Of a stretch of 64,000 bases of DNA, positions 9,319 to 18,890 are shown piece by piece. Each line of letters opens with the position of its first letter. Position 1 is the first letter of the stretch. This stretch comes from an uncultured Spirochaetota bacterium (GTDB lineage: Bacteria; Spirochaetota; Brevinematia; Brevinematales; JAOACQ01). The position numbers were made by a program, and so were the translations under genes. The notes beneath the pieces were generated by a model. The model saw only the letters and a list, made by a program, of their open reading frames with translations. It had not been told where the DNA came from and ran no database searches. The stretch lies in the NCBI GenBank assembly GCA_963835575.1, contig CAWIGG010000002.1:416001-480000 (forward strand), read 5' to 3'.

Positions 9319-10905
9319 TTAATTTTCTTGATATTCAAAATAATCAAAATCTGCTGCAAGTTTTTTGCCGGACAGGTCCTGACAGCATATTCCGACAAAG
9401 GCGCCGGTAAAGTGGGCGTCGGCGCCGCCCGGCCCGAACTCGTCCGAAAGCGTACTGGCGTCAAAAACAGGACCTATACTTTTCCATGACTTTTCATCGG
9501 GAGAATAAAAGAATTTAAGCTCGTGATATTCCACCTGCGCTTTCAAATGACAGTTTTTCCAGCCCTTAATAGAGACGGTGTCTTTCAAACCGGATTGAAA
9601 ATTACCGTTTCTGCATGTGAGGATGGAAAGACATTTCCCGATCTTTTCATCGGCAGAAATATAGAGGTAATAAAAATTAGTCGTGTCATACATGCAGATG
9701 AGGCCCGCCGCCTGCTGAAATGTGTCCGGCTCGAACTCGACGCATGTCTGCGCCGTATACCGGAAAGACATCTGCCGCCTGGCGATGAGGCTCTGATGAT
9801 GGAAGGATGAAAGAGATTCGCCGCCCTTGAGCCTCAAAAATCCCTTCCGCTCTTTTAATGACAGGAAATCCTCTCCGAGAGGAGTTCGTAGGGTCTGGAA
9901 ATGCAGGCTGAGCTTATCGGAATTAAAATCATCCCGTTCCGGCTCTTTTTCCCAGGGCTGTTCTTTAATTTCAGGTGCCGGTATTTCCACTGCCGGTTTA
10001 TTGCCGCCGCCGGCAACCCGGAGCCAGCCGTCATCGGTCCAGGTCATTTTTTGAATGGCGGTTTCCCTGCCTAAAACGCAGTGGCCGTTTGAGGGTATTG
10101 GCCTTCCGCAGAGATGCGCCAGATACCATTCTTTTGTCTGCGTTTCTACCAGGGATGCATGCCCGGCCCGCTGGAGCTTGAGCAGGGAGTCATAACGCGA
10201 TGTGAGAATCGGGTTTTCAGGGTCCACTTCATAAGGCCCGGTTATTTTTTTTGACCTTGCCATGGTAACGGCATGTGTCAGGCCGGTCCCGCCTTCGGCT
10301 GTCATCAGGTAATAAAAGCCGTTCCTTTTATAAAGATGCGGCCCTTCCGTTACGCCGATTTCCGTTCCTTTAAAGATATTGACGGCCTGTCCGGTTAATT
10401 TTTTTTCTTTTTCTGAATATTCCTGCAGAATGATCCCGGAAAAAGGGTTCCTGCCGGGGCGGTAGTCCCAGATCATATTGAGAAGCCATTTTTTTCCGTC
10501 ATCATCATGAAAAAGGGAAGAATCAAAACCGGAACTGTTGAGATAAACTGGTTCGGACCAATCGCCTGTAATGTCTTTTGAAGTGACAAGGTAATTATGA
10601 GTGTCCTTGAAAATCGTTTGATGGGTTTTCACATCCGTGTATATGAGATAAAAAATTCCCTTGTCGTATGAAAGGCATGGCGCCCAGATACCGCCTGAGT
10701 TCGGGTTGCCGAGCATATTGAGCTGTGAAATTCTATTGAGCGGCCGGGCGATCACTTTCCAATGGATCAGGTCCCTGGAATGATTGATCTCGACGCCCGG
10801 GAACCATTCAAAAGTCGATGTGGCTATATAATAGTCTTCCCCGACCCTCAATATGGACGGATCGGGATGAAAGCCGGGCAGGATGGGGTTTTGAATTTGT
10901 CTCAT
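9319..10905 (-). CDS. xynB: GH43 beta-xylosidase/arabinofuranosidase
   Basis: NPILPGFHPDPSI, WAP, GFDSSLFHD, TEGPH motifs and C-terminal beta-sandwich ending ADFDYFEY. Confidence 0.9.
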   Translation of the reverse strand: MRQIQNPILPGFHPDPSILRVGEDYYIATSTFEWFPGVEINHSRDLIHWKVIARPLNRISQLNMLGNPNSGGIWAPCLSYDKGIFYLIYTDVKTHQTIFKDTHNYLVTSKDITGDWSEPVYLNSSGFDSSLFHDDDGKKWLLNMIWDYRPGRNPFSGIILQEYSEKEKKLTGQAVNIFKGTEIGVTEGPHLYKRNGFYYLMTAEGGTGLTHAVTMARSKKITGPYEVDPENPILTSRYDSLLKLQRAGHASLVETQTKEWYLAHLCGRPIPSNGHCVLGRETAIQKMTWTDDGWLRVAGGGNKPAVEIPAPEIKEQPWEKEPERDDFNSDKLSLHFQTLRTPLGEDFLSLKERKGFLRLKGGESLSSFHHQSLIARRQMSFRYTAQTCVEFEPDTFQQAAGLICMYDTTNFYYLYISADEKIGKCLSILTCRNGNFQSGLKDTVSIKGWKNCHLKAQVEYHELKFFYSPDEKSWKSIGPVFDASTLSDEFGPGGADAHFTGAFVGICCQDLSGKKLAADFDYFEYQEN

Positions 10906-11007
10906 AAAACCTCCTGGAAGAACTTTTCTGAATTAAATTTGCATGCATCATAACATAATCGTGAAACCTTTTCAAAGAAATTTTAAAATATTATTTCGGA
11001 AACTTGA

Positions 11008-11036
11008 TTGACAGAACTGAAACAGCTGTCTATAAT
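11008..11036 (+). promoter_or_regulatory. Sigma70 promoter
   Basis: TTGACA-17 bp-TATAAT perfect consensus. Confidence 0.75.
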
Positions 11037-11177
11037 ACGTTTAAATCCTGTGCCGCAGCATAAAGAATTTTGCCGATTAAAAAAATTTGATTGTGTTTAA
11101 AATCTGCTGTTTCAAGCGGATCAGGTTTTTTCTAATAATAAATTCTTTTATTAAAAATAAATTTTAAAGATGGCGTT

Positions 11178-11954
11178 ATGATCAATTTTCTGATTAAAAA
11201 AACTTTTTTCGATATCTGGGACAATTTATTGAGAATTATTCTGCTCAATACAGGTTTTTTAATTTTATCAGCAATACCTGTCTATCTGTTATTCCTTTTA
11301 AGACCGAATCATTTTTTTTCTTTTATCATCATTTTTCTGGGATTGATTTTAATCTCGGTTTATGCAGGTGCGGTTTCTATAACGGCAGTGGAAATTTCCG
11401 AAAACAAAAAACCGGGAGCGGATGATTTTTTTAATAATATAAGGAAAACCTGTAAATCGGGAATATTGTTTTCCCTTATCATCAGTCTCTATTCACTAGT
11501 CATATTTATTTCAATGCCTTTTTATCTTTCTCTCAGAAATTATTTCGGCATTCTCTGTTTTTCAATTTTATTCTGGATTACTTTAATTTTTATTATGTCT
11601 TTCCAGTATTATTTCCCGGTTTACGGAAGTCTTAAAAAAAATTTCCTGAAAGTTGTCCGAAAATGTATTTTACTCTTTTTTAATAACATTGGGTTTTCCC
11701 TCGTGCTTTTTTCCGGCGTTATTTTTATCATCTGTATTTCCGTCTTTGTGATTTTTATTATACCGGGATTGGCAGCTGTTTTTATATGGCTGAATACAGG
11801 TTTTAAAATCCTGCTATATAAATATGATTATCTGGACCGGAATCCCGATGCTGTCGGGAAAAAAATACCATGGAAAGAACTTATTAAGGATGATATTGCC
11901 CAAATTGGAAAAAGAACATTGAAAAATATGTTCCTTCCCTGGGATGAAAAATAG
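11178..11954 (+). CDS. Integral membrane protein (DUF624/YesL-like, sugar ABC accessory)
   Basis: Multiple TM helices; located in a sugar ABC locus. Confidence 0.6.
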   Translation: MINFLIKKTFFDIWDNLLRIILLNTGFLILSAIPVYLLFLLRPNHFFSFIIIFLGLILISVYAGAVSITAVEISENKKPGADDFFNNIRKTCKSGILFSLIISLYSLVIFISMPFYLSLRNYFGILCFSILFWITLIFIMSFQYYFPVYGSLKKNFLKVVRKCILLFFNNIGFSLVLFSGVIFIICISVFVIFIIPGLAAVFIWLNTGFKILLYKYDYLDRNPDAVGKKIPWKELIKDDIAQIGKRTLKNMFLPWDEK

Positions 11955-11993
11955 TTTGTAAAATAATTTATATAAAAATTAAAGAGGAATAAA

Positions 11994-12998
11994 ATGATTA
12001 CTCAGAAGGAAGTGGCTGAAAATGCGGGCGTTTCAATTATAACTGTTTCACGGGTTCTCAATAATAATGGTTATGTCAAAGATGAAACACGCGAAAAGAT
12101 TTTGAAGGCCATTAAAGAACTCAATTATTATAAGAATCATATCGGCCAGGCGCTTCGCAATAAAATGGTCAATACATTGGGGGTCATCATACCGGAACCC
12201 CCTATGATTCCGGTTCATGGGATGGAATATTATAATTTGCTTATGCAGGGAATTGACCGCTCCACAATGGCGCACAAATACGATATACTCCTGTCGACAT
12301 ATAAACAGGATGATCCAAGTGTGGATTATTTCAGGCTTTATTTTCAGCATAAAGTTGACGGTATGATCCTTTTTATTCCTGATATGCGGCGCCTTGACAT
12401 CCATGAAATCGAGAAAAAAAATATTCCATGCGTCATTATCGGGGAACGCCCGTCAGGTAAGAGCATCAGCTATGTGGATTCGGAAAACTTTATGGGAATT
12501 TACAGGGCTACGGAATATCTCATATCGAAAGGTTTCCGGGATATTGCGTTTCTTAAAGGAAAGCCTTTTATGCAGAACTCGAATGACCGTCTGGATGGAT
12601 TTTTAAAAGCCATGAAAGACAATGGTCTTGAAGTCCGCGGGGATTACTTATTTGAAGGAGATTATACCACTGTCGCGGGTCAAAAGGCGATGAAAGAAAT
12701 TCTCTCAAAAGGAAAGCTGCCGGATGCCATGATCTGCTCAAACGATCTTATGGCGATTGGAGTTCTTACCGAATCGAAAATAGAGAACATAAAGATCCCG
12801 GAAGACATGTCTCTGATCGGCTTTGATGATATCAGTATATCTTCATTTTCCGATCCGCCGCTGACGACTGTCAGACAGCCTCTTTTTGATATGGGCTTTA
12901 CCGCATCGGAATTCCTTTTTAATAAAATCAAGAACCCGGGCGGACTTCAGGAAACCAGGATTTTACCTGTTGAGTTGATTGTCAGGAAAAGCGCCTAG
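11994..12998 (+). CDS. LacI family transcriptional regulator
   Basis: TQKEVAENAGVSIITVSRVLN HTH; GFDD and PPLTTVRQP motifs. Confidence 0.95.
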   Translation: MITQKEVAENAGVSIITVSRVLNNNGYVKDETREKILKAIKELNYYKNHIGQALRNKMVNTLGVIIPEPPMIPVHGMEYYNLLMQGIDRSTMAHKYDILLSTYKQDDPSVDYFRLYFQHKVDGMILFIPDMRRLDIHEIEKKNIPCVIIGERPSGKSISYVDSENFMGIYRATEYLISKGFRDIAFLKGKPFMQNSNDRLDGFLKAMKDNGLEVRGDYLFEGDYTTVAGQKAMKEILSKGKLPDAMICSNDLMAIGVLTESKIENIKIPEDMSLIGFDDISISSFSDPPLTTVRQPLFDMGFTASEFLFNKIKNPGGLQETRILPVELIVRKSA

Positions 12999-13041
12999 CC
13001 GGTTATTGACAAATAATTTTTTAATTTATTTGCTTTTTGTA

Positions 13042-13086
13042 TTGACAAAATAGTTTTTAGAATTTAAAATATGTTAACGTCTATCA
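13042..13086 (+). promoter_or_regulatory. Sigma70 promoter of the ABC operon plus candidate LacI operator
   Basis: TTGACA-17-TAAAAT followed by quasi-palindrome TGTTAACGTCTATCA (13072-13086). Confidence 0.55.
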
Positions 13087-13220
13087 TATTTACGGTTAAA
13101 TTACCTTTTCGGGTACAATCTGAAGATGGGGTAACCGGTTTTTATCAGAGGCGAGCCTTTTTTGTTCTTTCTCTATCATGATTTCGTATTTTAAAGAAAT
13201 TATATAGGAGGAGGTTAAGT

Positions 13221-14483
13221 ATGAGGTTTAGCAAGTTGTTGTCTGTTTTTGTTCTGGTGTTCTTATTTGCGTTCACTATGGGCAATGCGGCGGACAAGAA
13301 AGTTGTGATCAACTGGTGGCATCTTGATGTCCAGGATGATTACAAAGCCGAATGGCAGAAGATGGCTGATGCTTTTATGGCATCTCACCCGAATGTCACT
13401 ATTGAGATAACTGTTCTGGAAAATGAAGCTTTCAAATCAAAAATTGCGACGGTTATGCAGTCGGGAAACCCGCCTGATCTTTTCAGGAGCTGGGGCGGCG
13501 GAGTGATGAATGAGTACGCAAAGGCCGGCCTCTTGAAGGACATTACGGCGGATGTAGTCGGTACCGAATGGGGTAAGTCCATCGGTAAAGGAGCTATGGG
13601 AGTATATGGTTACCAGGGTAAATATTATGGTGCGCCTTATGATATGGGAGCAGTCGGCATCTGGTACAATAAAGCGATGTTTAAAAAGCTGGGAATCAAA
13701 CCTTTTAAAACATGGAAAGAGCTTCTCGCTGGCGTCAAGAAAATTAAAGCAGCAGGCTTAATACCCATTGCTCTTGGTGAAGGAGATAAGTGGCCGGGTC
13801 ATTTCTGGTGGGTTTATTTAGCCGTCCGCCTGGGCGGAAAAGGAGCTTTTGATAGTGCATACAGCAGAAAAGGCGCATTTACTGATGCTCCATTTGTAAA
13901 AGCCGGAGAAATGCTTCAAGAACTTATGAAGCTCGATCCGTTCCAGACCGGCTTCCTGGGTGCGGCTTATAATGACGAGGCTTCTCTTGTCGCCAACGGC
14001 AAAGCGGCTATGGAACTGATGGGACAGTGGGCTCCTTATACTGAGGCTTCGACCACATCGGATAAAAAGGGCCTTGGCGATGACCTCGGATGGATGCCAT
14101 TCCCGATGGTTGAAGGCGGCGCCGGCAAGGGTAGTGATGTTATGGGCGGAGGGAACGGTTATATACTCGGTAAAAACGCTCCTCAGGAAACTGTTGAATT
14201 TCTGAAGTTTATAACAAGTCTCAATAATAATTCTATCCTGGCAAGCCAGGGCAGAATCACTCCTGTTGTCAAGGGTGCCGAAAAGTCTCTGAAGGACAAG
14301 AATTCTAAAGATATTGCAAGAGCGGTTTCCGAGGCGCAATACTATCAGCTTTATTATGATCAGTATCTTCCGCCTGCTGTAGGCGAAGTTGTTAAAAACG
14401 CTGTGCAGGAATTATTTGCCGGAACAAAGACGCCTAAGGAAGCGGCTCAGATGATTGAAGATTCTGTAGTGGCCTCAAAGTAA
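13221..14483 (+). CDS. Sugar ABC transporter substrate-binding protein (probably xylo-oligosaccharides)
   Basis: Signal peptide, PPDLFRSWGG, KAAMELMGQW; locus context. Confidence 0.9.
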   Translation: MRFSKLLSVFVLVFLFAFTMGNAADKKVVINWWHLDVQDDYKAEWQKMADAFMASHPNVTIEITVLENEAFKSKIATVMQSGNPPDLFRSWGGGVMNEYAKAGLLKDITADVVGTEWGKSIGKGAMGVYGYQGKYYGAPYDMGAVGIWYNKAMFKKLGIKPFKTWKELLAGVKKIKAAGLIPIALGEGDKWPGHFWWVYLAVRLGGKGAFDSAYSRKGAFTDAPFVKAGEMLQELMKLDPFQTGFLGAAYNDEASLVANGKAAMELMGQWAPYTEASTTSDKKGLGDDLGWMPFPMVEGGAGKGSDVMGGGNGYILGKNAPQETVEFLKFITSLNNNSILASQGRITPVVKGAEKSLKDKNSKDIARAVSEAQYYQLYYDQYLPPAVGEVVKNAVQELFAGTKTPKEAAQMIEDSVVASK

Positions 14484-14530
14484 GAATATTGGGCTAATCT
14501 AAGGGCTGAGGCTTGTAGATAGTATGATAT

Positions 14531-14565
14531 TTTCCCCGTCCTGTTAAGGAAACGGGACGGGGAAA
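14531..14565 (+). terminator. Intercistronic stem-loop after the SBP gene
   Basis: tttccccgtcc...ggacggggaaa inverted repeat. Confidence 0.6.
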
Positions 14566-14600
14566 GTTAATTTGACCGAATATTGAATAAGGGTAGTTGT

Positions 14601-15542
14601 ATGATTTCTGGTAAAATAAAAAAAATCACACGCTCTGCCGAATTTAAAGCCGGTGCTTTAAGGATGAAGGTTAATAAAAATCTGGCGGCACTCGGCTTTC
14701 TTATTATTCCCCTGCTTTTTTATATTGTTTTCGTGATCGCTCCTGTTTTTCAGGGAGCTTATTTCAGTTTTTTTAAATGGAACGGTCTTGTACCTCTAAC
14801 CCATGCCGACAATGTAGGTCTGAAAAACTATATTGACATTTTAAATGACGGGATCTTCCGGAAAGCCGTGACGAACAATCTGCTTATAATTATCCTTTCG
14901 CTTATATTTCAGCTGCCGACAGCGCTTATTATCGCCCTGGCCATCGGCAGAAGATTCAAGGGAAGCGTTATTTTCAGAAGCATCTTCTTTCTCCCGTACA
15001 TATTAGCGGAAATCATCACGGGAGCGATCTTTTATTTTATTTATAATCCTAATTACGGGCTGCCTAATTCCATTTTTGCACAAATCATTCCTCCTCTCGC
15101 TTCGACTGCGTTTCTCAGCGACCCGAAAACGGTATTTTATGCCATTTTTGTTGCACTCTGGTGGAAGTATTTCGGACTGCATATGATCATCTATATCGCC
15201 GGTCTGCAGGGGATTCCCGATGAGCTTGAAGAGGCGGCTTATGTCGATGGAGCAACCAGCTGGCAGATAAACTGGCATATTATCCTTCCCCTGCTGAGGC
15301 CGACGATCGTTGTATCCATATTTTTCTGCATTGTCGGTTCATTCCAGGTTTTCGATATTGTCTGGGCCATGGGGAGGGGAGGACCGGTCCATGCGGCAGA
15401 AACAATGGTCACATACCTTATTAATTACGGCTTCGCCGGTTTCCATATGGGGTATGGAAGCGCGGTGGCTGTTGTGATATTCCTCATCTGTCTGGTTTTC
15501 AGCATAGTTTATCAAAGAATCCTCATGAGACAGGAAAAATAA
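14601..15542 (+). CDS. Sugar ABC transporter permease
   Basis: EAA motif ELEEAAYVDGA; start uncertain (14583/14601/14664). Confidence 0.9.
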   Translation: MISGKIKKITRSAEFKAGALRMKVNKNLAALGFLIIPLLFYIVFVIAPVFQGAYFSFFKWNGLVPLTHADNVGLKNYIDILNDGIFRKAVTNNLLIIILSLIFQLPTALIIALAIGRRFKGSVIFRSIFFLPYILAEIITGAIFYFIYNPNYGLPNSIFAQIIPPLASTAFLSDPKTVFYAIFVALWWKYFGLHMIIYIAGLQGIPDELEEAAYVDGATSWQINWHIILPLLRPTIVVSIFFCIVGSFQVFDIVWAMGRGGPVHAAETMVTYLINYGFAGFHMGYGSAVAVVIFLICLVFSIVYQRILMRQEK

Positions 15543-15558
15543 TTATAGGGAATCATAT

Positions 15559-16395
15559 ATGATTAAGCGCAGTAAAACAGGTCTGGCTGTAAAATATGTA
15601 TTATTATCTCTGTTCGCCGTTATAACATTATTTCCGATTTTTGTAACGGTATGGGGAGGCTTAAAATCGCTGGCCCAGCTCCGCCTGGACCTTTTCGGTG
15701 TGCCGAATCCCGTCATGTGGGAGAATTTCACAGGGATTTTTGATTTAAAAAAATCAAAATTTTTCATTTACCTGTTCAACTCAACCTTTATAATGGTTTT
15801 AACCGTGGCGCTCGATCTATTACTTTCCGGCCTTGCCGCCTATGCTCTTTCAAAAATAAAATTTTTCGGAAGAGAGATAATCTATAATTTCTTTTTAATT
15901 GGGCTTCTCTTTCCCTTTGCCGTTATCATATTGCCCCTGTACCTGGTGATAGATAACCTTAAATTGATCAATACTTATTTCGGGGTCATCCTTCCCCAGG
16001 TCGCGTTCGGTATGCCCTTTCACATTATGCTGATGAGAAGTTTCTTTATGATGATTCCTAAAGAACTGGAAGAAGCAGCTACCATAGATGGGTGCGGCCA
16101 TTTTCGCATACTTATCAACATTATTCTTCCATTATCAACCCCTATTTTAACGACAATAGCGGTGCTGACTATGGTGGGCAGCTGGAACGGTTATCTGCTT
16201 CCCCTGCTGGTGCTTAATGACAGTAAAATGTTTACTCTGCCTCTGGGAGTTATGGATTTTCAGACCCAGTACCTTTTTGAATGGAACAGGGTTCTCGCGT
16301 TTATTTCTCTGGCTATGGTGCCTGTTATAGCTTTCTATATTTTTGCGCAGAAATATATCATCGCGGGATTGACAGGCGGCGCCCTTAAGGGGTAA
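15559..16395 (+). CDS. Carbohydrate ABC transporter permease
   Basis: ELEEAATIDG; C-terminus GLTGGALKG. Confidence 0.9.
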   Translation: MIKRSKTGLAVKYVLLSLFAVITLFPIFVTVWGGLKSLAQLRLDLFGVPNPVMWENFTGIFDLKKSKFFIYLFNSTFIMVLTVALDLLLSGLAAYALSKIKFFGREIIYNFFLIGLLFPFAVIILPLYLVIDNLKLINTYFGVILPQVAFGMPFHIMLMRSFFMMIPKELEEAATIDGCGHFRILINIILPLSTPILTTIAVLTMVGSWNGYLLPLLVLNDSKMFTLPLGVMDFQTQYLFEWNRVLAFISLAMVPVIAFYIFAQKYIIAGLTGGALKG

Positions 16396-16542
16396 GGAAT
16401 TATTATTCCATATTGTTTTTATTTTATTCTTAATTCAATATATCTTTTTGTTCCTGCCTGAGGAGTGGCGTTTATTATTAATAAAAATAAATATTTTTTT
16501 ACCAAGATTTTTTTTGATTATGAGGATTTAAAGGAGAGATTT

Positions 16543-18810
16543 ATGATAATTAGTAAAAGGCTGTTTATTTTATTCATTATTTTGTGCTTTTCCGGGATTT
16601 TAATAAGCGCCGGCTTCTCTGAAGAGAAAAGCAAACTCAATCTTAGAAAACTCGCAGACGCGAAGGGTCTCCTGATCGGCGCCGCGGTCATGCCGGAATA
16701 TCTTGAAGATCCGGCTTTTGTCGAAGTACTGACAAACAATTTTAATTATATCACTCCGGAGAATGGCATGAAATGGCAGATGATCCATCCGGATGAAAAA
16801 CGTTACGATTTTTCAGGAGCGGACAGGATCGTAAATTTTGCAGTCAAGAACGGGATGAAAGTCCGGGGGCACAACCTGGCCTGGCATTCCCAGAATCCTG
16901 TGTGGCTTATGACCACTCCTTCAATGAAAAAAAATGCAAAGAAAATCCTCAAAGATCATATTATGAAGGTTGTCAGACATTTTAAGGGAAAAATCCGGGA
17001 CTGGGATGTTATTAATGAACCGCTCGATGAAAACGGCGCCCTGCGCAGGAACATCTGGTACCTGACCATCGGGCCTGAATACATAGAGCTTGCCTTTAAA
17101 TGGGCTCATGAGGCGGATCCGGGCGCTAAACTCTTTATAAACGATTTCGGCATCGAAGCGCCCGGGACAAAGGCTGACGCTTTCTATAAAATTGTAAAAG
17201 ACTTAATTGCAAAAAAGGTGCCGGTCAATGGAGTGGGAATGCAGTTCCATGTGGAAGGACAGTACATGCCTGACTTCGGCGGGATTGCGCAGAACTTCCA
17301 GCGCTTTTCAGACCTTGGAGTCGAGATCCAGATAACGGAGCTTGATGTCCGCATGAAGGGGGCGCCCCAGGAAACCAGCATTGCCCAGCATTCGAAAATC
17401 TACAGTGAGCTTATAAAGCTGGCACTGGCATTTAAGGCCAGTGCTTTCATCACCTGGGGAGTGAGCGATAAACAGTCATGGGTCCCTTCTTTTTTCCCCG
17501 GTTATGGTTACGGTCTTCTTTTTGATAATAATTATCAGCCCAAACCTGCCGCTTTTGCGGTGCAGGATGTTCTTTCAGGAGAGAGGCCGACGCCGGATTA
17601 CTTTAAACGCTATGCGGTTTCTACGGCAAATACCCGTGCTCTCCCCCCGTTCAGGGCGGTTAAGGCTATAAAAACTCCTGATATTGACGGAAAATACGAT
17701 CCGGACGAATGGAAAGGCGCATATATTTATGGTCTGATGTTCAACCAGCTCAATGTCCAGAATTTCAATCCGCCGCTTCCCCAGAAAGATATATATGGGA
17801 CCTGGAGGATCCTCTTCCAGGGCAGTAAGATTTACGGCCTGGTAACGCGTGTTGATAATATTACGGTCACAAATCATCCTCATCCCTGGGATAATGATAA
17901 TTTCGAGGTCTTCTACAGCATTGACGGCAAATGGAAACAGATCCGGACCATCGTCGGACAGGGCTGGCAGGTCGGTAGCGATGTGAACGGCAAGGCGGTC
18001 TGGAGCAGGGATGGAACCATACTCGAGTTTGAGGTTGACCTTGGTACAGATTTGACCGGAAAAACTGTCGGCTGGAATGTGGCGCTCTCTGATAACAATA
18101 CGCCGAAGGACAACCTGCGTCTTTGCCAGCTTTATCCGATCGTCGGGGATAACGACGGCTGGGAGGGCAACGGCTTCGGTGAAATGACTTTTCAGAATGA
18201 CGAAGGGCAGTTTATAGACGGTCCTCCGATCGGCGCTGTCATGCCTTTCATCACGTCAGCGGCGGAAAAACCTCCGGTGATGGACGCTGATACTTATGAT
18301 GCATTGTGGAAGGACGCCGTCAGTTATCCCTTTGCTTATAACCAGCTTTCAATGGACCAGAGCGTACCTTTTACCGGCGCTAATCCGGGTAGCTTTAAAT
18401 TTCTTACTTCAGGGAATACTATTTTCGGTCTTGTGACGCTTTCCGACAGCGAAGCGGCAAAATATGACGCATTGGAATTTGCGTTCTCTCTGGAAGGAAA
18501 TACGGCTGTCCTGACATGCGAAGCGGGTAAAGATTTCACGAATCCGGCATGGACAAAACCGGCAAAGGCGGTATGGAGCCGGGATAAAAAGAGTGTGGCA
18601 TTCATGGTTGAACTATCCGATCATCAGCTTTCCGGAAAGAAAGGAAAATTCTCAATCGGGATTCTGGGAGTAAAAGATGCGTCAGGAAGAATGTCAGCAG
18701 CGCTTTATCCATTCTGCGGCTATAACCGGATCGGCGGAAATACCGGCAAAGACCTCAGCGAGATCATGACAAAAAAGGGAATCGAATTTGCCGACATTCT
18801 TTTTCAGTAA
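16543..18810 (+). CDS. GH10 endo-1,4-beta-xylanase with C-terminal CBM9-like domains
   Basis: TPENGMKW, RGHNLAWHSQ, WDVINE, QITELD catalytic motifs; signal peptide; P.IDG..D..W repeats in the C-terminal part. Confidence 0.9.
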   Translation: MIISKRLFILFIILCFSGILISAGFSEEKSKLNLRKLADAKGLLIGAAVMPEYLEDPAFVEVLTNNFNYITPENGMKWQMIHPDEKRYDFSGADRIVNFAVKNGMKVRGHNLAWHSQNPVWLMTTPSMKKNAKKILKDHIMKVVRHFKGKIRDWDVINEPLDENGALRRNIWYLTIGPEYIELAFKWAHEADPGAKLFINDFGIEAPGTKADAFYKIVKDLIAKKVPVNGVGMQFHVEGQYMPDFGGIAQNFQRFSDLGVEIQITELDVRMKGAPQETSIAQHSKIYSELIKLALAFKASAFITWGVSDKQSWVPSFFPGYGYGLLFDNNYQPKPAAFAVQDVLSGERPTPDYFKRYAVSTANTRALPPFRAVKAIKTPDIDGKYDPDEWKGAYIYGLMFNQLNVQNFNPPLPQKDIYGTWRILFQGSKIYGLVTRVDNITVTNHPHPWDNDNFEVFYSIDGKWKQIRTIVGQGWQVGSDVNGKAVWSRDGTILEFEVDLGTDLTGKTVGWNVALSDNNTPKDNLRLCQLYPIVGDNDGWEGNGFGEMTFQNDEGQFIDGPPIGAVMPFITSAAEKPPVMDADTYDALWKDAVSYPFAYNQLSMDQSVPFTGANPGSFKFLTSGNTIFGLVTLSDSEAAKYDALEFAFSLEGNTAVLTCEAGKDFTNPAWTKPAKAVWSRDKKSVAFMVELSDHQLSGKKGKFSIGILGVKDASGRMSAALYPFCGYNRIGGNTGKDLSEIMTKKGIEFADILFQ

Positions 18811-18890
18811 TATATTATGAGGAAAGATTTAATTATCAATACATTAGAATTTTATTGATGGCAAGACAAATTAGAAAACCGGAGGAAGCC

